From: Acidobacteriota bacterium | Lineage (GTDB): Bacteria > Acidobacteriota > UBA6911 > RPQK01 > JAJDTT01 | DNA: 64,000 nucleotides | Reading direction: 5' to 3' | Assembly: GCA_965209055.1 (NCBI GenBank) | Contig: OZ242374.1 | Span: 4,480,001 to 4,544,000 of the forward strand | The notes under the pieces: generated by a model | The model's input: the letters and a program-made list of their open reading frames with translations, nothing else | Databases searched by the model: none | Told to the model about the DNA's origin: nothing | Shown: positions 16,745 through 24,340 of the stretch, piece after piece | Numbering within the stretch: the stretch's first letter is position 1 | How the letters are laid out: each line of letters begins with the position of its first letter | Translations under genes and position numbers: made by a program

Positions 16745-17956
16745 ATGGGCATCTACAAGGTGAAGGATCGCCGGGGGAGACGACGTTTCGTCGTCAGCAA
16801 GTACTGGCCGAACGGATCCGGTCGGCTCCGAATGTACGCCCCCAACTACCGGAGCGCACAGGCGCTTCAAACACGAATCGAGTCCAGCATCCTGGACGGC
16901 ACATGGAAGCAGCTCAAGGAGGAGCTCGCCGGCGGGAAACGCACCATCTGGACGGTCCGGAGCTTCTACGAGCGTTTCTTCGAGGAGTATTGCAAACCTC
17001 GTCTGCGCTCTTTGCGCCGGTACACGCTCTCGTTCAAGAGCCTCAACGCCATGCTGGGGAACATTCCCTTGAAGGAGTTCCAGCGCAAGGACCTCCACCG
17101 CTACGTCGCGAAACGGAAGGGGCAGGTCCAGCCGGCCACGGTGAACCGCGACATTGCGGCCCTCAGCAAGCTGTTTTCCTACGCGCTGGAGTGCGGGGAA
17201 GTGGACACGCACCCGCTGGTGAGATTCCCCAAACTCAAAGAACCCAAGAAGGTCTTCCGGCCCTTGACGGTTCAACAGTTCCGCGACCTGGTCGAGGCGG
17301 TGGACAACCCTTACCTGCAAGCCATGATCGCGGTGATCGGCGAGACGGGGATACGGAAAGGCGAAGCGTTGTCGCTCACCTGGAAACGGTTGGACCTGTC
17401 CCGGAGGCTGCTATGGGTGGAGTTCACCAAGGACGACGAGCCGAGGGAGATTCCGCTCTCGAAGTACGCTGCCGGATATCTGGCCGGGCTGGTTCGCTAC
17501 CTGAACATCCCTTACGTCTTCGTCAACACCCGGACGGGGACGAAATGGGTGAATCCCGACAAGCCTTTGCGCCGGGCCGCCGAGCGGGTGGGGTTGAAGG
17601 TCGGATTTCACGACCTGAGACGCTTCCGGTGCAGCCATTGGCTGATGCAGGGGGTGGACGTGAGGACGGTGCAGAAGCTGATGGGGCACTCATCGATCAG
17701 CACGACCATGCGCTACGCGGGTTACGTCAGTTCTCATGCACTCGCCAGCATACGGGAGGCACAGGCTACCGAAGACTCACAAATGCGACCGGCAACAAAC
17801 AGGCAACGGGCAGGAAATAGGGGAATGATTAGAGAAGAGCAGTGGCGTAAACCCTTGAAAACACAAGCACACGCCCCAAGCTCAGCAGGACAGAGCACGG
17901 GACTGTTAGTCCCCCATTCTTCAGTGTCGCTACTGGATACGATGGGTGGTAGGTGA
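16745..17956 (+). CDS. Tyrosine recombinase / phage-type integrase
   Basis: RBS AAGGAGGAG then ATG 16745; SAM-like PATVNRDIAAL; catalytic TGIRKGE (R), FTKDD (K), FHDLRR (HxxR), LMGHSS (H), TMRYA (Y) all intact. Confidence 0.95.
   Translation: MGIYKVKDRRGRRRFVVSKYWPNGSGRLRMYAPNYRSAQALQTRIESSILDGTWKQLKEELAGGKRTIWTVRSFYERFFEEYCKPRLRSLRRYTLSFKSLNAMLGNIPLKEFQRKDLHRYVAKRKGQVQPATVNRDIAALSKLFSYALECGEVDTHPLVRFPKLKEPKKVFRPLTVQQFRDLVEAVDNPYLQAMIAVIGETGIRKGEALSLTWKRLDLSRRLLWVEFTKDDEPREIPLSKYAAGYLAGLVRYLNIPYVFVNTRTGTKWVNPDKPLRRAAERVGLKVGFHDLRRFRCSHWLMQGVDVRTVQKLMGHSSISTTMRYAGYVSSHALASIREAQATEDSQMRPATNRQRAGNRGMIREEQWRKPLKTQAHAPSSAGQSTGLLVPHSSVSLLDTMGGR
17791..17805 (+). repeat. Putative integrase arm-type site (right)
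   Basis: GGCAACAAACAGGCA, identical to 15255-15269. Confidence 0.7.
17848..17860 (-). promoter_or_regulatory. IHF-like site in right att arm
   Basis: Minus strand TTTCAAGGGTTTA vs WATCAANNNNTTR. Confidence 0.5.
17871..17914 (+). pseudogene. Degenerate tRNA 5' half containing the attR core
   Basis: ACGCCCC-AA-GCTC-AGCAGGACA-GAGC-A-CGGGA-CTGTTAG-TCCCC has canonical acceptor/D-arm/anticodon-arm spacing; no T-arm or 3' acceptor strand follows. Confidence 0.75.
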
Positions 17957-18021
17957 AAGTGCATAGGGGGACTCCGTCCCCCTGCCCCCCCTGGTCGGCG
18001 ACAGGAAAGTCGCCGCTCCCT
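17914..18021. repeat. Right part of the interrupted REP/REPIN-like repeat
   Basis: GGGGGACTCCGTCCCCC...TCGGCGACAGGAAAGTCGCCGCTCC matches the right part of the 8302-8414 copy. Confidence 0.8.
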
Positions 18022-18027
18022 CGGCGG

Positions 18028-19776
18028 CTAGAAAGCCGCTGCTCCATCCGTTTCCGGTTCGTAGACGGGGTCGCCCCGATGAAGGCGGATGGCCACGCGG
18101 AGAGTCTGGTTCATGGCCCTTTGCGTCGGAGCGTGAGCCGCCAGATAACGGGCCGCTCCGACCATCACCAGATTCCTTTCCTCCCGATCCTCGGTCTCAC
18201 CGTATTGCCGAACGGCCGCCTCCAGCATCTGGAAGGTGTGGAAGTTGGCGTCTTCCCGCATCAGGCTCTCGGTCAAGGCCGAGATGAGCGGGCCGCCGGA
18301 CCCGCCGCCTTCCAGGTAGGTCCAGACCATCTGTCCGGCCCGGTCCGTCTCCTGCTGGTGGTTCATGAGTGTCAGGAGGCGGGACCGGATCGAATTCCCC
18401 CCGGATTCCGCGCCGGCCGCCGCCCGGCTTGAAGGCAGTCTTGCGGGCGGGATGTTGAAGAAACGGTCCAGGTAGACCCGCATGGCTCCGTGAAACACGC
18501 CCCTTGTCAGGTCCGGCGACTGGTTGCGTTTAAGCAGTTGATGCAGGGCATTGGAATAGGTGAAGGTGTGAAGGACGGCGATCCAGTCGGCCAACTCGTT
18601 CTGGACGTGAAAGTGGACGATGCGCAGCGCCGCGGCATAGGCCACCGCCTGGGCCAACTCCACCGGTTGGGCGCCCCCACGCAACGCCGCCAGCAGTGCC
18701 TCGATGGGGGTGTGAGGATCGTCGCTGAAAAGGGTTTCGGTGAAGTCCTGCGGCTTGGTCCAGATCTTCCCCTGCCCCGATTCCAGAGCCTCGGGAATCT
18801 GAGCCACGGCCTGGCGCAGCACCGGCACCAGATCGATGGGGTGCCGCCACGGGTTCCTCTCCTCGCTTCGAACCGCCAGGCACAGAGGCCGGATCAGGGC
18901 GGGCAGCAACCGGCCGGCATGTTCCCAGCCGATGCGGTCCAGCAGTTCGAAAGCCTTGTTCACGAAGTCGATGACGTGACCCCCATCCAGGTATACGTGG
19001 TCCGTGGCCGCGGCCCCGACCAGGTCGGTCAGTTGCGCGCTCGTCATCCCCTTGTGGACGGCGGTCAGAAGGCAGCGCTCGGCGCCCTCGGTGCTGCGGA
19101 CCTCCACGAAGTAGCGGAACCAGCGTTTGAGATGCTCTGCCGGGATTTCCTGATTTCGAAGGGGCGGGATCTCGAATTTGGGGGTGCGGCCGGCGCAGTC
19201 CCGGGCGATGTGGACCAGGCCATGGTACAGGGGCGGGATCCGCTCCGTCCCCTCCAGGAGGTCGCAGACATTGGCCATGGCGCTGAGAATGGTGAGGCCG
19301 GAACTCCAGTCCCGGCGATGCCGGACGCCGTAGAGCGCGCCCTGCCGCGCGACCTCATGGTGGGAGACGCCGCTGTGGTGCAGTCCCACCACCGACTTGC
19401 CCATGATCAAGCTGAGGTTCTGCTCCATTCCCTCCTGGAGCCGCCGGCTCCAGCGCTGGACCGGATCGACCGGCGGCGGCGTGACGTCCAGGTAGACCTC
19501 TCCGCCCCGGACCTCCACACGGAAGGAATCCACGTCGTCCGCGAACAGGTTGAAGGTGCATCCGCTCACCAGGTCGAAGCGCGCATGGTGCCAGTAGCAG
19601 GTGAGGATGCCGTCCTCCACGGTGCCGCGGTGCAGTGGAAAACCCATGTGCGGACAGCGGTTGTCGACGGCGCGCAGCTCTCCGTCGTGGTCGAAGATCA
19701 CGATGGGGACCGGACCCTTGGACACCACCAGGGGACTCCTGGACCGAACTTCCTCCAGCGATCCGACATGAATCAT
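18028..19776 (-). CDS. Rieske [2Fe-2S] domain protein with helical C-terminal region
   Basis: NRCPHMGFPL and TCYWHHARFD; C-terminal His motifs GGHVIDF, LHTFTY, FHTFQ. Confidence 0.85.
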   Translation of the reverse strand: MIHVGSLEEVRSRSPLVVSKGPVPIVIFDHDGELRAVDNRCPHMGFPLHRGTVEDGILTCYWHHARFDLVSGCTFNLFADDVDSFRVEVRGGEVYLDVTPPPVDPVQRWSRRLQEGMEQNLSLIMGKSVVGLHHSGVSHHEVARQGALYGVRHRRDWSSGLTILSAMANVCDLLEGTERIPPLYHGLVHIARDCAGRTPKFEIPPLRNQEIPAEHLKRWFRYFVEVRSTEGAERCLLTAVHKGMTSAQLTDLVGAAATDHVYLDGGHVIDFVNKAFELLDRIGWEHAGRLLPALIRPLCLAVRSEERNPWRHPIDLVPVLRQAVAQIPEALESGQGKIWTKPQDFTETLFSDDPHTPIEALLAALRGGAQPVELAQAVAYAAALRIVHFHVQNELADWIAVLHTFTYSNALHQLLKRNQSPDLTRGVFHGAMRVYLDRFFNIPPARLPSSRAAAGAESGGNSIRSRLLTLMNHQQETDRAGQMVWTYLEGGGSGGPLISALTESLMREDANFHTFQMLEAAVRQYGETEDREERNLVMVGAARYLAAHAPTQRAMNQTLRVAIRLHRGDPVYEPETDGAAAF

Positions 19777-19845
19777 TGTTCTCTCTCCTCGTTCACGTAC
19801 GATTCCGCTACACTTCCCTTCGGCAAGAAGGGAGGCGATTCACCC

Positions 19846-21153
19846 ATGAAACAGAAACCTGCGGCGTTTTCCGATTTCCTACGCTCCATCCTGCCGGTGC
19901 TGTTGTTGTGCGCGGCCTGCGCCGGTCCCGCAAACAAAGCCCCGGAGACGGACCCGGTCACGGAAATCCTCCGGCAGAACATGGTCGTCGACCCTGCGGT
20001 CACCACGCGGTTTTTCCGCTTCCCCAAGGAGCCGGAAACCGCGTTCGATCCGGCGGCCCTGCTGGCGGAAGGGATCGACGTCGCCGTCTTGGGCATCGGG
20101 ACGGTCACCGAGGCGCTCATCGTGGGAGACTTCACCCCCTACGTCTACACGTCCCCCGAACCGGGGCATGTCCTGGCTCGAAGTGTCTTCACTGGCGCCG
20201 ACGCCGTCAAGCGTTTCCTATGGGAAGTGGACGCCGTTCACGAGACGGCCGCTGCCCACTCCAACGTGGTCCTGGCTCTCACCGCGGATGATCTGGAACG
20301 CTTCCGCGCGGAAGGCAAGTTCTCCTTCATGCTGGGCGTGGACAGCGGCATCGTGGTGGAGGACCTGGCCACCCTGCGCGTCTACCACAAGCTGGGACTC
20401 CGGCGCCTGGAACTGGCTCACGCCTTCCCCGCCTCCTGGGCCGATGCCTGCTCCGGAATCCTGGACGACGACGACCTGGGACTGAACGACTTCGGGCTGG
20501 AGGTGGTGCGGGAGTGCAATCGCCTGGGGATCCTGGTGGACCTCTCCCATTCCTCGGACCAGACCATGAAAGAGGCCATCGAGGCGTCCGAGAAACCGGT
20601 CATCGCGTCCCATTCGGGAGCCCGGGCCCTGGTCGACGCAGTCCGAAACCTTACGGACGATCTCATCAAGGCGCTGGCCCGAAAAGGCGGATTGATCGCC
20701 GTCGGAGCCTACTACGACCCCCAACACCTGGAAGCGATCCGGACGGTGGGAACCTGGACCGCCCAGGCCCGGATCGGAAACTACCTGGCCCAACAATATC
20801 CGGATCCCTACCGCCTGGCCGCGGCCATCCGCGACCCCGCCGAGAAGCAGAAGGCTCTCGAGGTCCTGGGCCTGCCTCCTCTGACTCCCCTCCTGACCGT
20901 CCAACCCTACTCGGGACTCATCACTCACGGCTCCAACGTGGAAGGCACCCTGGACCACATCGATCACATCGTCAAGCTGGTCGGGATCGACCACGTGGGC
21001 ATCGGGACCGACATTGACATGAACCGGGAAGACTACACCTGGCTCTACCGGCAGTTCGCGGGCGGTCTCCTGGAGCGAGGTTATTCGGTGGAGGAGATCG
21101 CCAAGATCCTGGGCGGGAACTTCCTGCGCGTGCTCCGGGCCAACGAGGGGTAG
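19846..21153 (+). CDS. Membrane dipeptidase (M19)-like lipoprotein, copy 1
   Basis: RBS GGAGG, ATG 19846; lipobox CAAC; GLNDFG..VV.ECNRLGILVDLSH, PVIASHSG, RNLTDD, GIDHVGIGTD, KILGGNFLRV. Confidence 0.85.
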   Translation: MKQKPAAFSDFLRSILPVLLLCAACAGPANKAPETDPVTEILRQNMVVDPAVTTRFFRFPKEPETAFDPAALLAEGIDVAVLGIGTVTEALIVGDFTPYVYTSPEPGHVLARSVFTGADAVKRFLWEVDAVHETAAAHSNVVLALTADDLERFRAEGKFSFMLGVDSGIVVEDLATLRVYHKLGLRRLELAHAFPASWADACSGILDDDDLGLNDFGLEVVRECNRLGILVDLSHSSDQTMKEAIEASEKPVIASHSGARALVDAVRNLTDDLIKALARKGGLIAVGAYYDPQHLEAIRTVGTWTAQARIGNYLAQQYPDPYRLAAAIRDPAEKQKALEVLGLPPLTPLLTVQPYSGLITHGSNVEGTLDHIDHIVKLVGIDHVGIGTDIDMNREDYTWLYRQFAGGLLERGYSVEEIAKILGGNFLRVLRANEG

Positions 21154-21196
21154 ACAGCGCCGCACCCTTCTCATCAATCTAGGAGACAACTTTCCC

Positions 21197-22504
21197 ATGT
21201 ACCTGAACAGAAGCCGGCTTTCCGTCCCATTTCGAACCGCGTTTTCCATCGTTCTGCTGTGCGCGGCCTGCGCCGGACCCGCTCCCGAGGCGCCGGATGC
21301 GGATCCGGCCGCCGCGATTCTCCAGCGGCACATGGTGGTCGATCCGGCGGTCACGACGCGGTTTTTTCGCTTTCCCGAGGAACCAAAGACCTCCTTCGAT
21401 CCGTCGGCATTGCTGGCGGAAGGGATCGACGTGGCCGTTTTGGGCGTCGGCACCGTCACCGAGGCGCTCCTGGTGGGGGACCTGAGTGACTACTGGTACA
21501 CCTCTCCCCCACCGGGGTATGTCATAGCTAAAAGCGTCTTCACCGGCGCCGATGCCGTCAAACGTTTCCTTTGGGAAATCGATGCCGTCCACGAAGCCGC
21601 CGCTGCCCATCCCCAGGTGGAGGTGGCTCTCACCGCGGATGACCTGGAACGCTTCCGCGCCGAAGGCAAGCTCTCCCTCATGCTGGGCGTGGACAGCGGC
21701 ATCGTGGTCGAGGACCTGGCCACCCTTCGCGTCTACCACAAGCTGGGCCTCAGGCGCCTGGAACTGGCTCACGCCTTCCCCGCCTCCTGGGCCGATGCCT
21801 GCTCCGGAATCCTGGACGACGACGACCTGGGACTGAACGACTTCGGTCTTGAGGTGGTGCGGGAGTGCAACCGCCTGGGCATCCTGGTGGATCTGTCCCA
21901 TTCCTCGGACCAGACCATGGACGAAGCCATCGAAGCCTCCGGGAAACCGGTCATCGCGTCCCATTCAGGGGCCCGGGGTGTCGTCGATGCGGTTCGCAAC
22001 CTCACCGACGACCAGATCAATGCACTGGCCCAAAAGGGCGGATTGATCGCCGTCGGCGCCATGTACGACCCCAAACACCTGGAACCGATCCGCAAGACCG
22101 GGGCGTGGATCACCATTGCGCAGGTCAACAACTATCTGTTGGAACGCTATCCGGACCCCTTCCGGCTGGCTGCGGCCATACGCAACCCGGCAGAGAAGCT
22201 GGAAGCTCGCCAGGCCTTGGATCTGGAGCCTCTGTCTTCCCTCCACAAAGTCCGGCCCCGGTCGGGAGTCATCACCCAAGGGGCGACCGTGGAAGGCACC
22301 CTGGACCACATCGACTACATCGTGAAGCTGGTGGGCATCGACCACGTCAGCATCGGAACCGACACGGACATCGGGAGGGAAGACTACACGTGGCTCTACC
22401 AGCAGTTCGTCGGCGGTCTGCTGGAACGAGGATACTCGGAGGAGGAGATCGTCAAAATCCTGAGCGGGAACTTTCTGCGCGTGCTCCGTGCCAACGAGGA
22501 GTAG
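21197..22504 (+). CDS. Membrane dipeptidase (M19)-like lipoprotein, copy 2 (tandem paralog)
   Basis: Same motifs; central region nearly identical to copy 1 at DNA level. Confidence 0.85.
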   Translation: MYLNRSRLSVPFRTAFSIVLLCAACAGPAPEAPDADPAAAILQRHMVVDPAVTTRFFRFPEEPKTSFDPSALLAEGIDVAVLGVGTVTEALLVGDLSDYWYTSPPPGYVIAKSVFTGADAVKRFLWEIDAVHEAAAAHPQVEVALTADDLERFRAEGKLSLMLGVDSGIVVEDLATLRVYHKLGLRRLELAHAFPASWADACSGILDDDDLGLNDFGLEVVRECNRLGILVDLSHSSDQTMDEAIEASGKPVIASHSGARGVVDAVRNLTDDQINALAQKGGLIAVGAMYDPKHLEPIRKTGAWITIAQVNNYLLERYPDPFRLAAAIRNPAEKLEARQALDLEPLSSLHKVRPRSGVITQGATVEGTLDHIDYIVKLVGIDHVSIGTDTDIGREDYTWLYQQFVGGLLERGYSEEEIVKILSGNFLRVLRANEE

Positions 22505-22564
22505 GCTAATGGCACCGCACCTTCCACAAATCGGCTCTCATGATTGCTGTCGGAGGTCGCTGCC

Positions 22565-23047
22565 TCAGGCACCATCGGCACCGGGAACGCAAAGGTCCCC
22601 CACGCGATCAACTACACGCTGGGCATGCTCGTAATACTCACGGATGCGGCTGTAGGTCAGTCCGACGGAACCTCCGTGAGCGATGACATTGCGCAGGCTC
22701 ACGATACTGTCGACCGCCACCTTACGTTCTTCGACCAGGAATTCCTCCAGTTCCTGCTGCCAATTCGGGTCGAAACTGCCCAAGAGCTGTTGGACGCGCG
22801 AGGCCTTCGCGTTCGTGAATCTCTTCGTTCGCAGCTCGACAAATCGTTGCAGTGTCGGCCCGCCCTTTTGCCGCGCATGTTCCAGTACAAACGCAACCAC
22901 AGCCTTCTCGATATAGCCCGAGACCAAAACACAGAGGTATCTGGCGAAGTCCGCCTGCAACTTGAGGTCTGGCCCGACGACGTTCGCTCGGTTGAAGGTC
23001 GCGTCAAGCCGCTGCTTCATCATGGAAACCTCAGCACGGCCTGTCAT
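22565..23047 (-). CDS. HEPN-domain protein (RiboL-PSP/MAE_28990-like)
   Basis: YLCVLVSGYIE; Rx4H motif SLRNVIAHG; 4-bp overlap with the upstream DUF262 gene. Confidence 0.8.
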   Translation of the reverse strand: MTGRAEVSMMKQRLDATFNRANVVGPDLKLQADFARYLCVLVSGYIEKAVVAFVLEHARQKGGPTLQRFVELRTKRFTNAKASRVQQLLGSFDPNWQQELEEFLVEERKVAVDSIVSLRNVIAHGGSVGLTYSRIREYYEHAQRVVDRVGDLCVPGADGA

Positions 23048-24183
23048 CTGACATCCACAAAGATATCCTTCGCGAGCTTCATTCGAGTCCGGACATTGGC
23101 CTCTTGCGAAGTCCCCTTGTCAGTCGCTGCGAGGTATTCGTGACTACTGAGCAACGACCGGTACCGGCGCAGGAATTGCTCGGCATCCCCTATCTCTCCA
23201 GACCTGAGACGTTTGGCAACTCCCGTCATCAAGGAGTCCACGACAGCGGCGTTCACGGCTCTCTTGGGTCGGAATGCTCGCCGCCCCAGAATGCTGTTCA
23301 ATACCGAAGTGGTCCTGCAGAAAACCTGTCGCAGTTCTGCCTCTGACTGCCTGTCAAGGTTCCGGTTCTCAGCCATGTACCGATTCAGGAAATCCTTCAT
23401 CGGCCTGCGATACCGATCGAAGCGATAGTAGAAGGCAAAGAATCGGAGGATCATCTCCATGTCCTTCAGACGCCGGGATTTTTTGCCGTACAGTTCTCGC
23501 CATGCCCGCTCTTCGTTGAGGCTCTTCAGAACCCGCACCAGTTGGCCATGATAGAGGGCCACACGGATCTCCTGGGGTTGGAGATTGACGCCTCCGGCAT
23601 TCAGGCGCTCGAAAATAATGTAAATACTACTTTGGTCCTCACTCGGCTCGTCCTGCCTGACGACGGTGGCGTGAATGATACTGTCGCCGAGTCTTCGACG
23701 GTCCTCTATATCCAGATCCGTGAAACGCATTCCCACGAAACGCCTTTGTACGTTTTCGAGGCGGTATTCCCGACCGTTGATCAGTCCTTTGTAATACCGG
23801 TGGAGGGTGTGGAGCCGTTGGTGTCCATCGAGCACCAGTAAGCGACCCGACGCTTCCCTGACCAGAAAAATACCGGGAACAGGCAGACCAAGGAGGAGGG
23901 ACTCAATGAACTTGTCCGCCTTCGGCTTCGGCCATACGTATTCGCGTTGAAATCCGACGATCCTGCTGTCTTCTTCGGAAACCCAGTCAAATGTCGGTAC
24001 AATGATGTCGCCGCGATCAAGTTGTTTTACGAGGGAATCCACAGGGCAGTCCGCACCATAGAACGTGATGCTATGGGTATACGGAATGACCTCATCTGCT
24101 TCGTCGAGGACATCTACGTCCTCTTCGACCCGGTTGTCGACAAGCGCTGACTCAGACATTTCCTGATGTCGAATTTCTCCCAT
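23044..24183 (-). CDS. DUF262 (ParB/GmrS-like) protein
   Basis: FQREYVW, FIESLLLGLPVP, LDGHQRL, IFERLNAGGVNLQPQEIR. Confidence 0.92.
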   Translation of the reverse strand: MGEIRHQEMSESALVDNRVEEDVDVLDEADEVIPYTHSITFYGADCPVDSLVKQLDRGDIIVPTFDWVSEEDSRIVGFQREYVWPKPKADKFIESLLLGLPVPGIFLVREASGRLLVLDGHQRLHTLHRYYKGLINGREYRLENVQRRFVGMRFTDLDIEDRRRLGDSIIHATVVRQDEPSEDQSSIYIIFERLNAGGVNLQPQEIRVALYHGQLVRVLKSLNEERAWRELYGKKSRRLKDMEMILRFFAFYYRFDRYRRPMKDFLNRYMAENRNLDRQSEAELRQVFCRTTSVLNSILGRRAFRPKRAVNAAVVDSLMTGVAKRLRSGEIGDAEQFLRRYRSLLSSHEYLAATDKGTSQEANVRTRMKLAKDIFVDVR

Positions 24184-24340
24184 GATCCTCTTCCATGCAG
24201 TTGGCGGTCACCACTTACCCTAACGTGCCGAAGGCAAAATCCGTCACGGAATTTGCCGCGTGCGGTCAGGCTACTGCGCCGGCCAGCGGCGATTCAACTG
24301 GCACTCCGCTGCGTTGCGGCTTCTTGAGGGGAACCTGGCG

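Larger units (their letters stand above)
15132..17913 (+). mobile_element. Minimal (~2.8 kb) tyrosine-integrase element inserted in a REP-like palindrome
   Basis: Perfect 15-bp direct repeats GGGACTGTTAGTCCC at 15132-15146 and 17899-17913; integrase inside; shared 15-mer arm motif and IHF-like sites near both ends; removing it restores a full REP-like repeat. Confidence 0.88.

Noticed and set aside
15132-17913. Prophage
   Set aside because: No structural, packaging or replication genes; only 2.8 kb
17871-17945. Functional tRNA-Asn(GTT)
   Set aside because: No T-arm (GTTCRA) or complementary 3' acceptor strand; kept only as a 5'-half relic
18490-19845. 887-aa ORF as a long N-terminal fusion to the dipeptidase
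   Set aside because: The upstream half is antisense to the Rieske gene; the real start is ATG 19846 with RBS and lipoprotein signal
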